A stretch of DNA of 56,486 nt, counting the filler, from Jimgerdemannia flammicorona (taxonomy: Eukaryota), in NCBI GenBank assembly GCA_003990765.1. It is 3 parts of 3 records of this genome, joined end to end, with 100 filler letters (N's around TTAATTAATTAA, not from the genome) between each part and the next. Parts side by side here need not be neighbours in the genome. Positions count along the whole stretch, not along the records: positions 18,869 to 37,635 come from RBNJ01002120.1; positions 37,736 to 56,486 come from RBNJ01002121.1; 1 more part is not named here. The stretch is one strand, 5' to 3'. Shown one piece after another: positions 36,681 to 47,500 of this stretch (positions within the stretch are counted from its first letter, which is position 1; each line of letters begins with the position of its first letter). The position numbers and the translations under genes are program-made. The notes under the pieces are model-generated. The model saw only the letters and a program-made list of their open reading frames with translations, searched no databases and was not told the DNA's origin.

Positions 36681-37635
36681 TCGGTGCAATATATCAGTTT
36701 GCTTTCCATCATGTACATGCTCGTGCTTAAGTTTGGTGACATTTTAGAGATGTAAATATACACGTAGTTTAATAGATGGTTGCAACAAAATGCTTGGTAA
36801 CTTTAGGCAGAAGTGGAAAAAAAATGCGGGGGCAGGGACGGCGAGCCTGAGGGACGTGGGGTATGTGGCGAGGAAGGGGGTAATCATGATGGGCATGAGG
36901 ATCAGAAGGGGTCATTTGTATAAAGTAAACCACACAAGAAATCCAACTGCCGATTCAACCGCTCGCGCCAATCCATTCATGTATGCAGATACAGGTGTCC
37001 GAAGAATGTCGTTTGAGGTGTGCTATACTGGTATGACTGATTGTGAAATTTGGTGTCCTAAAACTCTCTTGCGGATTTTCAACGGGCATGACCTGAAAGA
37101 TATATATGACTAAAAAGAAAGCTTCGCCAACATGCAGGTTCATCAAAACACTGATCTTTATTTTTTATTTTTATTTTTTTCTTTGTTATTGTTCTGCTCT
37201 TGTTACATGACATATGCCCAGTTGGCACACTAACGCCTCCACTTTGAAATTATTGATGTGGCATGTAGTTGCACCAAAGGATCTTGAAATTGTCACTAAA
37301 ACCAAAGGATTGATGGACGATAGGGTTCAAAAATGTCAGCAGGACAAACGGCTCCAATTTCCGCATGATCGACGCTGGCGTATCTCTCACAGTATTGTTG
37401 GGCCTGCTGACGCCGGAGGCGGCCAGTTCCAGGGACCCGTCCCCGCAACGCAAAAAGCATATCGGTGCTATGATGGCAGGTTTCCGTTGGTTGACATTTT
37501 GTGCAACTCGCAAAGGAGGAATTAAGACATCCGTATCTCGTGCTTTCCGTATAAGTGTAGCAAGTGCCGGGAAGCCTGCTGTTTAGGTTTAGCATTTAAA
37601 CTGCCTCGCGCGCATCCCGTTGGGCCGCGTTGCGA

Positions 37636-37735
37636 NNNNNNNNNNNNNNNNNNNNNNNNNNNNNNNNNNNNNNNNNNNNTTAATTAATTAANNNNNNNNN
37701 NNNNNNNNNNNNNNNNNNNNNNNNNNNNNNNNNNN
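37636..37735. other. Artificial contig join (44N + TTAATTAATTAA + 44N)
   Basis: N run with linker at 37680-37691. Confidence 0.97.
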
Positions 37736-37747
37736 AAAAAAAAAAAA

Positions 37748-37950
37748 AGTCGAAATTGCTGAAGAAATAAGAAACCGGACCCAGGAAACATCAGGAAACT
37801 CGCCAGAAAACTTTGCCAGAAATACTAGAATAACCGCCAACTGCCAGGAAGCCTAGGAACCCGCGAAAACGATCGCCGACTTTTTTCGCCATTCCGAACG
37901 TCTAGTCACGTGACCAACGACTCACCAACTTGACACGAGTAACGCGGACA
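37748..37950. mobile_element. Possible CpG-rich (young) LTR end
   Basis: CpG-rich block ending in ...CGGACA and containing TCACGTGA, like the LTR at 56113. No partner copy is visible. Confidence 0.3.
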
Positions 37951-38743
37951 AATCGAACAGCAGTTGAACTGAACATTGAGCCAGAATATTGTTAGAGATA
38001 AAGAGATATATAGCATATAAATAACCAGTGGCACATTGAGCCATGCAATTCAGTACAAATCACATGCCACATTTTAGGGGCTCAACTGGGAAAGTTTTTT
38101 TTAAGACTTGACCATTTGGCTCAAGAACCCAGCAGCCATCTATAGTGGAGAATTTGGGAGAACTAGCCAACAGCAGCCTGCTTCAGGAAGAGAAGCACAC
38201 ACCATTGTCAGGACAGCCCTCACTCTGTTCAGAAACAGTAGTCAATAGTACTTGCAAATGAATTAAATGAAATTGAGTTAAATTGAATAGAAGATCTGAA
38301 AAGTCAAATTAAATCGAGATTTTTTCAAGTTGAATGGAAGTCAAATTGAATGGAAGTCAAATCAAATGGAGCCTCAATTTGATTAGGGTCGAATCAAATG
38401 GAGCCTCAATTTGATTAGGGTCAAATCAAATAGAGCCTCAATTTAATTCGGGTTGAATTAAATAGAGTCTCAATTTGATTAGGGTCGAATTGAATGGAGG
38501 CTTTATTTGAATGATGATGTCACAAAATTTTATTGATTACAATACAGGCTAGACTATCAATGATACAGGCTATCAATGATTCTGCTTATATCTAGCTACT
38601 GCTGCCCAATGAGTGTTATTGTATGCTCTTTTTTAGAGAGATAGATTTAGAGTCAAGGGGTTAATCTTCTGATAGATTTGAGGTATTATATCACATTTCT
38701 TTCCATATTGCCTACAATTGTAGTAACTGGTATGTGGATGACC

Positions 38744-39406
38744 TCATTTTGGAACCAGAACCTTCTCATTACTCGAAATTACATTGTCTGGAGTATCATT
38801 ATCAGAAATTTCAAACATATCATCAACCTCCACTTCAATGTCTAAATCCAAAATCTCAATAGTGGCAGCATTGGCAAGCATATCATCCTCCACTTCAATG
38901 TCTGAGTTCAAAATGTCAATGACAGCAGCATCAGGGGTGACAGCATTGGGGGCTATAGCAGCAGCAGCATTGGGAACTATAGTAGTAGTAGTATTGGGGG
39001 CTACAGCAGTAGTAGCATTGGGGGCTATAGCAGTGGCAGTGTTGGAGGCTATGGCAGCATTGTGGGCTATGGTAGTGTTGGGGGCTATGGTAGTGGCAGC
39101 AAAGGCAGTAGTAGCATTTGGAGTAGTAGTAGTATTGATAATAGGTTCAGCCTCAAATGCTTCATCTATGTCTAGATCGATAGTGGTGGCAGTGGGTTCA
39201 GTCTTGAATGCTTTGTCTATGTCTAGATCAAATTCTTGAATCACCTTGGTAATATTCATTCTTATTTTCTTACATTCAACTCTAGACTTGTTTCCTTCAT
39301 TGAGCTGGCTGGAGATTTTATAGATTCTCTGATTCATTTTCTGTAATACTCTGGTAAGATCTTTAATAAGTATATGAAGATTGATGTAGGGAGAGGAAGA
39401 GGACAT
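38744..39406 (-). CDS. Open 220-aa passenger ORF inside the hAT element (coiled-coil N-terminus, Ala/Thr repeat, acidic repeat)
   Basis: Intact ORF with APNAT-type and DIEVEDDM repeats; function unknown. Confidence 0.4.
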   Translation of the reverse strand: MSSSSPYINLHILIKDLTRVLQKMNQRIYKISSQLNEGNKSRVECKKIRMNITKVIQEFDLDIDKAFKTEPTATTIDLDIDEAFEAEPIINTTTTPNATTAFAATTIAPNTTIAHNAAIASNTATAIAPNATTAVAPNTTTTIVPNAAAAIAPNAVTPDAAVIDILNSDIEVEDDMLANAATIEILDLDIEVEVDDMFEISDNDTPDNVISSNEKVLVPK

Positions 39407-40998
39407 TTTTTTTTTTTTTTTTTTATTGAAATTTTCACATCAGAAGTACTTATTTATATATTTTAGATTGGAGTGCTCATCATATCTTAAGCTTTCAAAG
39501 TGCTCACTTTCACAAAGTGTCTGCACTTTCAAAGTGCCTATGTCTACTATATCTTAAGCTTTCAAATCACCTGCTTTCGAAGTGCTTGCTATATCTTAAG
39601 CTTTCTTTTTCCAACACAACTCTCATCACGATTCTCATGACCCATGACTGTATCTATGGTACCCTGATAACATCTGCCCTGCTTTCAAAGTATCTACCCT
39701 GATGACATCTGCCTCACTTTCAAAGTGACCACCATATCTTAAGCTTTCAAATGCCTGCTTTCAAAGCACTATATCAGAGGGATTTTATGATAACTATTTC
39801 AATTTAATTATATAAAAATGGTTATATTTTGAGATTTTGGGGTTGGCTAGTACTAGGCTGATTGCTATACCTTTAAACATATATATTCCCAAATTGTTTC
39901 CAGTTTTAAAGCACCTCTTTTAAGTTATACAAGATCTCTACCATTAGAAAAGATTCTCTCAATTGGAGCACTTGTTGCTGGGATGGTTAAATAGTCTTGT
40001 GCTATTTTCACTAAATTTGGGAAATCTTCAATATGGCCCTAATGTTTTTAAATATATTTTGATTTGAATTAAATATGATTCTATTTAAATACAATTTGAA
40101 TTAAAGTCTCAACTTACTTGCTACTAAGATAATATATCAATTCTTGTTAGATATTCAACAATTTCACTTTTCAAATAAATATCCACCTCATGCTCAGGGT
40201 TTGCTATCAGTTTTTGTCTTTTGTTGAATATATATTGTTGTAATGTAGCATTAATATCATTGATTTCAGTATCTATAATATTATACCATTCTTGATAAAC
40301 TGGTCCAGGGAGAGGGGCATAGGTTTCATCATAAGTTATATGTATAAACAGCTCTCTTGGTAGCCTCAACCCATTCAGACTCCCATTCATGAGATGTATA
40401 ATATGATAGTTTAAGTCTGGGGTCAAGTGCTGGTATATTTGAAGAAAAATAAATTCAAAATATAAAAATTCAAAATGTAAAATTCATATAGTTCTTGAGT
40501 TTCAAAATTTTACTTACTAGTACTAATATAATAAGTTGGAATATCTGTTATTAAATAATATATTTTCAACTTATCAATAGCTGCTGTTAGTGCCAGATAA
40601 AATAGTATTTGATTGCTCTCTAGTAGTATTCAATTGCTCTCCTGTAGTATTTGATTACTCATCTGTAGTTTTCAAATCTTCTCATCATGCTCTTACAACA
40701 TATGTATCTAGTAAGAAATTGTAAATCAGAACAGTAGAATAGATTGTTGGATATTTTTCTCAAGCAGCAAGATCTGTTGCCATTTTGAAGCTCTTTAGAA
40801 TTTCCATAGTACCTTTCAATATTTCCCAAGTATGGCTCCCAATAGCATATTTTCTTAAGTCTTTATCTATGATAACAGTTGCAGTTAAAGGCTATATATT
40901 ATAGAAAATAAATTTATTAGATTATTTGAATTAAATTTAAAAATAAATAAAAGACTTATATCTGAAAATTCTAAAGCCCACTCAATCATAGCAAAGTA

Positions 40999-41127
40999 TC
41001 CTTTGCGTGAAATATATGTGAGATGTGTTATGCTAAATCGAGTGTGCTGATATAAGCTGGGTCAATGGGTTTGGTGAATATGGAAGCATGCATTTCCCAG
41101 GCCCGCCATTTGTGTAAAGCGAAGAGG
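40999..41127. repeat. Ngaro repeat B2 (direct copy of B1 at 41519-41647)
   Basis: About 130-bp direct repeat (ATGTGAGATGTGTTATGCTAAATCGAG...) at 520-bp spacing. Confidence 0.92.
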
Positions 41128-41172
41128 CTGCACATTTATTGTTCCTCCTCCAAAAGGGAAGGGCGGGATGGG

Positions 41173-41511
41173 TTGTATAAACTGATTGCAGGAACTAACT
41201 AAGTATATAGGCATAGTCTATGCGCTTGATTGTTAAGATGTGACATGTACTCAGTCACTCAGGGGGATATTACATGTAATGTATACTGAAATGTTACTAA
41301 GCTATTTACCACTGGCATCTTGCTGGAGAACTGAGACTAGGCTAACATTGTATAAGAAACCACACAACGGAAACTGAGACTAAGCTAAGATTGCATACGA
41401 AATGGTGTGGCAGAGAACTGATACTAAGCTAAGATTGCATGAAAGCTGAAAGATTACATGATAGTGGCTTCGGCCACTTTGCCAAAGTTTGAGCTACATT
41501 CATAACTCTAA
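41173..41511. repeat. Ngaro repeat A2 (direct copy of A1 at 45584-45924)
   Basis: About 340-bp direct repeat from TTG(T/C)ATAAACTGATTGCAGG to GAGCTACATTCATAACTC. Confidence 0.92.
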
Positions 41512-44500
41512 CAAAGTGTTCTTCACATAAAATGTATGTGAGATGTGTTATGCTAAATCGAGTGTGCTGATATAAGCTGGGTCAATGGGTTTGGTGAATA
41601 TGGAAGCATGCGCTTCCCAGGCCTGCCATTCATGTAAAGTGAAGGGGCCAATACTGCAGGCCTGGGGGATGGTCAGGCTCCTAATTCAGGTGCCACCAAC
41701 CACCACCACCAGCCAAACCCATGGCCTGCTGGTAATCAGGAAAAGGGGAGCGCTACCACAGCTGCAGTCATTCGAGGCAGGATACAGTGTAAATCGCGAA
41801 TGTAATGAAGAAAAGCTGCCAATTTCCAGCGGCCTGCCAGTTGAATAACATGGTCAGGGTAATCAGCTGAAGCTAACAGAGTAGTGCCACCAATGCGAAA
41901 AGAGTGACCATGTATGCTACAGGACAGCAAGGTACCAACCAAGAAAGACCAGATAGTGTCAATAAAGGTTGTTTGAGTGAGCAGTTGAGATGGGCCAAGG
42001 TGTCTTCCAGCCGGGCTGAGAGTATCTGAATCATGTTGTCAATAGCAGTGTATAGGCAGTCGAATGTGCCAGAAAACCCAAGCAAAACATCACCTGTCTC
42101 ACCAGTCTTTATTTGCAGAAGATGTAAAGACCAGAAGGGATGTGTGTGCACTGAGTCCCATCACTTAAGGAAGTTGGAATGATGTGCCTGCCAGATGGAA
42201 TTGAAGGCTGCACTATTCTGCATAGTGAGTTCACCAACTCGCATGAGACTGTAGAAGGCAGAGCAAGCAGCTGTCCAAATGGTGGTGCCAAATGATATGT
42301 CTAGTCATAATGTACTGCGAATGGCCCATAAATGTTGACAGGTAATAGGGCAGTGGTCTTGCAAATGAGAGGGTGGTGGGGGGGAAGCCTGGATAGACTT
42401 GAGAATAGTGTCAAAAAGTGGTAGCACCAAGCACTGCAGTTGGGGGCCCCGCCAGTGGGCCACTTGATAATTAGCTAGATCATAGAAATAGTTCTTGATA
42501 GTGGTGTGAGGTTTACCCTTGCTAGCAAGCCATAGTGCCCAATGGCTTAACAGGTCATCCTGCAAGGGGATAGTGGTTGCTTCGAGAATGTTGCAGGAGT
42601 TGAGGAAGTAGTGGAGGGAGTTGATGCCAGGGCACAAGCTACTAGTCTGGGTGTGAGACCGCTGGTAGAGACATGTGTCAAATTGATGATGAAGCCAAAG
42701 GGGGATGTGATCGAGGTAGGTAGAAGTTCCTGGGGGTAGGGAGGGAGAGTACTGTGAGATAAAGGGTCAGCAGGGTTTGATGCAGAGGGGATGTACCAAG
42801 CCTGAATGTCGAATCTCATTTCGAGGCAAAGAAGAATGATGTGACATAGCAAATCATTGACAAGAGGGTTGTGGTGAGCATGACTACTGGTCAATGCTTC
42901 AACACAGGGTTGGCTGTCGCACCAAAGAACAATGTGTTGTGAATGAAAGAATGGGTCCCAAAGCACCAATGAAACCCAGATGGCAAACATCTCCTTCCAG
43001 AATATGTCATACCCCTGGCCAACAAAGGAGGGAGCCCACCGTACACTCCATCAGCGATGCCCCAGCAGGCTGCCAGCGCCGAAGGTCCCAGATGCATCGG
43101 TAAAGAAACCATAGTCAATCCAATCAGAATGGTAGAGCAGACAGCAGCTTGACCATGAGTGAAGAATGTCAGACCACCACTGTAAATTGGTGGCTAATTG
43201 TAGAGGTGGATAATGTTGCCCAATGTAGAGCAGCTTCCAGGAAGCAGCAAAATGAATAATGCAGTCGCAAAATACTTTCCCATAAGGAAGGATCTGGACC
43301 ACATGCATCAGGTGGCCTGTGAGCGACTGAGCATCATGATGTGATCATGGCCAAAGACAGTGAGGGTGAGCAGAATTGGCAGAAGTAAGCCAGTCTGTGA
43401 TGAGAGTCAAGAGATGTGCCTGCTTTTCCTCAGGGAGGCTGATCATCATAGATGGCACATCAAGACAAAAGCCCACATACTCGATTGAGGGGGTTGGAGG
43501 GATGTCTTTGGATGTCTTGAGGGGGAGGCTGAATTGTGCAGTAATGGCGTGAAATCATGTGTAAGAGAATAGCACACTTGCAGGGGGCGCGACATAAATG
43601 AAGTCATTGACAAATGACCCAGGTTGGGAAGGTCATAGAGGTGGGTACAGATCCATGTAAAGAGGTTCATGAGAGAGGTGAATATGAAGGGGGTGGAGCG
43701 CAGACCAAATGGGAGAAACATGTTGAGAAAAAAGAGACCAAGCCAGCAGATGCCTTGCATAGCCCAGTCTGACTGGTGGACAGGAATTGTACGAAATGCC
43801 TCCTCAACATCTGCTTTCCAGAATAGTGCTGTGGGACCAATGGTAATGAGTAGGAGGATGATAGCTTGGATTGAGTGGTACTGAATAGAAAACTCTTCTG
43901 GGTCAATACCGTCATTGACTGATGTTCCTTCGGGAAAGGAGAGGTGCTATATCATCCTGAATTTGGTTGAGTGTTTCTTAGGAATGGCACCAAGGAGAAC
44001 ATTGTGAAAGGGGTGAACCTCAATGGGGAGTGCCAATAGGGATAGAAAGGGGCCTAAATAACGGCCAGCAGCTAATTCACTATGAATGTTGGTAGAGAGG
44101 ACTTCTTGGTAACAATATGCTGACACGAGGTTGTCAGATAGCAGATCAATGTGAAGCTCAGGGTGGGAGTAGTTGCTATGCAAGTAACTATTGCGAAGGC
44201 CTGTTAAGTGGTACTGGACTAGGGATTGGTCAGGATGTGATTGCAAGACCCATATCCACTCCTTTAACTGATAAGGGGTAGTTGGGTGTGCAGAGGTTGG
44301 TGGTATGGTGAGATTAGCCATGGTGAGCAATGCATGCCAAGGCTATGTGGGGTCTATAGCAGAAGAGGCAGACATAAACTCGACCACAGTTGGAGTGGGG
44401 GCAGCTGGGGCCATTAAAATTCCAGCAGACTGAGCTTGCAGCACCATCGAGATATAATGGATTATCTGGCTTCTGGGCAAATGTGGGCCGTTGAAGTGGG

Positions 44501-47500
44501 GTTTGGGTACAGGAGCTGACACCATGCCCCTGCACCCCACATCAAAAGCATGGCATGTTATGGGCAGGACCTGCCTTTATACTACCCAGAGCTGTTGATG
44601 AAACTCCTGTTGACTGCGATGCTGAGTGAGGAAGGGTCGTCTGGTGGCTATAAGTAGCAGGAGCAGTCACTAGTTGACCAATGATTGTTTCAAATATACA
44701 GCGAACTGCCTCTGGGTTGCCAATATCCAGCTCTGGAAATGAAGCTTTCAGCATGTGGACTTGTCTATCGAAGCATTGGAGTGCCACTCAATTGTATCAA
44801 TCATTGATAGCCTTGACAATGAAGATGGCATAGGCTAGTAGTTGGAGTGCATGCACTATATAGATGGTAGACCGAGTCATGCCCAGAGAGAGAAGTGCAC
44901 CTCGAATATTGAAAATGGTCTCAAGCCAAAGGGGTAGGTCGAGGTCATGATCTGGTGAGTGTGTATCTGATTTCTTATGGCTCGCATGTGATGTAAGGGC
45001 ATTCCCAGTCCATTTGGCTAGGATTTGATATTTTCCTGTCTCCAGTGAAGCTAACAGGTCAGGGGAGACCTAATCCCACCTTAACATAATATCGGAAATA
45101 AAGGAGGATGTTAACTCACCACTGACTGGGGGTCCTATTGGAGCAGGTGGCAGCATAAGGGGGGCTGCGACTGATGGGGGGGCCATAACTGATGGGGGTA
45201 CTGTTTGCAGTAAACCCATAGGAAAGGCTGGTAGAGCTGGTGCTGAGCCCAGCCCTGATTGCCTTGGGAGCCATGCCAGAAGTATGGGTAGTAAACGTTC
45301 AATAAGGGTATCTTCAGTTTGCTTTGGTGGCCATGGAGGTTCTGGGTCTAGATTGGGATGGTATGTGTCCAGATGCACCACCAATACCACTTTTTGACCA
45401 TTGACTGATAAGTCATGGTCACAGCATAGAGTGACTAAGTATTCCTTATGTAGAGCATGTTGACCTGGTAAATTGGGAATCAGGGCACGAGCTTATTGAG
45501 GATCCTGCATAGGTTGAGCTGGTACCAGTGAGAGAGGACTCTGGGACTGGGTGCGAATTGGGGGCATGGTTTGTTGACTTTTTTTGCATAAACTGATTGC
45601 AGGAACTAACTAAGTATACAGGCATAGTCTATGTGCTTGATTGTTAAGATGTGATGCATACTCAGTCGCTCAGGGGGATATTACATATAATGCATACTGA
45701 AACATTGCTAAGCTATTTGCCACTGGCATCTTGCCGGGGAACTGAGACTAGGCTAATATTGCATAAGAAACCATACAACAGAAACTGAGACTAAGCTAAG
45801 ATTGCATAAGAAATGGTGTGGCAGAGAACTGACACTAAGCTAAGATTGTATGAAAGACCTGAAAGATTGCATGATAGTGGCTTCAGCCACTTTTCCGAAG
45901 TTTGAGCTACATTCATAACTCCAAAATATATTGAATTCCACCAAGTTTTGATATCTAAAATAAGTTCTTTTGGTTTGAGTATAAATATTTTGCACTTTTT
46001 AATAAATTTCTCTTGATGTAGTAAAGATGATTAAATCTTCATAATGATCACTTGAAGTTTTGAAATTTCTCTGCCCTCAGTTATATCAATAGTATCTTGA
46101 TCAGCCTTCAGACAGGTTAAAAAATCCTGAACAGCCAGATTAATGATATGAGCCATATATTATACATATTATATTGATGGATGGTTTAGATCAATATAAT
46201 CAAACTCCTTATGAATTGTTCAAAATAAAACATTATTGTTAGTTACATTGTCTGTTGTTATAGCCAATACCTAGAGTAAATAATTCGAAATATAAGACAA
46301 TTTTTAAATATCAAACAATCATCTGAAAGTATGAAAATACTCTTTTTGAAAAATATATACCTTTGTCTATATATCAAAGTCTTTAATATACTTTAAGAAG
46401 ACATCAGTAAGATTTTCACCTGAGTGAGATCCTAACAGCTCAATAAAATCAATCAACATAGAATTGAGTTGTCAATTCTGACTAATCTAATATGCATTAA
46501 TTCTAAGAAATGCATGCATATTCAGTGATGTCCATGTATCAAGAGTGAAGGATATTTGATCTGGTATATTCTAGTTTCCAATAAATTAAATGAGATTCAG
46601 ATTATTAGAATTAAATTAAATTCGGATAATTTGAATTAAGATTTGAACTATTAAGATTTACCTGTAGTTTAATTTTGATGGTACATATTCCAACTTTATT
46701 CAAAAGTTGATTGGATTTCATTTTGAATCATTCCAGTAGAAGGAATAGTAATATCTGATTTCAAAAGGTGAAAAATATCTCTCAGTTCCAAATTCTCAAT
46801 AACTGTGAAAGGCTGATTATCCTGAATAATCCAGCAAATAAGCTTCTCTTGAAATAATTGTGCATTGAATTTTGGCTATTATTATAATAAGTAATTTTTA
46901 AGTAATAATGAATAAAATAGAAAAAAAAAAGAATTAATAATACTTGTGAAAGAAATAAATCCATTGTTTCTACTTGTTTAACTTTATGGCTCTGAGTAAA
47001 ATGATCCTGCATATTTGTTGTTAAACTATCTACAAATTTATATATTGCTGAACAGTAATTGTATTTTACTCTAGTTTCACCATTTGTGTCTATCTTTGTA
47101 AATTCTTTCCAGATCTCAGAGCATTCATGTGGTTTTCCTTTTCCTTTTTCTTTTCTTCTCTCTATACTAGATTGTTGTAATGAGGTTATACTTGCACTTG
47201 TTGAAGTTGTATCTACTGACACCAAGGCTGCTCTAGTATCTTCTATAGGTGGTAGTGGTAGTGAAAACAGTTCCTCTAACATAGTTAATATATTGGAAGA
47301 GAGTGTTTATTATAAGTAGCATAGCATGTAAACTGAATCAAATCAATTTGATTTGAGTTTGAAACTGAATAATCAATTCAATTCAGGTTTGGAACTGAAT
47401 TGAATTAATTTGACTTGGGTTTGATACTGCATTGAATCAATTCAAATCAATTCCATTTGGGTATCCTTAAAGTATGTGATTCTGAAAGTCATATGACTTA

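Larger units (their letters stand above)
40999..45924 (-). mobile_element. Ngaro-type DIRS-group (tyrosine recombinase) retrotransposon with split direct repeats, decayed but full length
   Basis: Gag zinc finger CWNFNGPSCPHSNCGRVYVCLFC...H; RT GAIPKK..KFRMI.HLSFP.G.SVNDGI...KADVEEAFR..LPFGLRS.PFIF; RNase H FTDAS...KEMFAI...WCDS...SNPADPLS; YR GHSFRIGG...GRW.....YIR. Confidence 0.92.

Noticed and set aside
36790..37635. Cluster of short ORFs before the second gap
   Set aside because: No recognisable homology or consistent exon structure.
40124..40426. 100-aa minus-strand ORF
   Set aside because: Part of the frameshifted hAT transposase region (LDPRLK to EVDIYL), not a separate gene.
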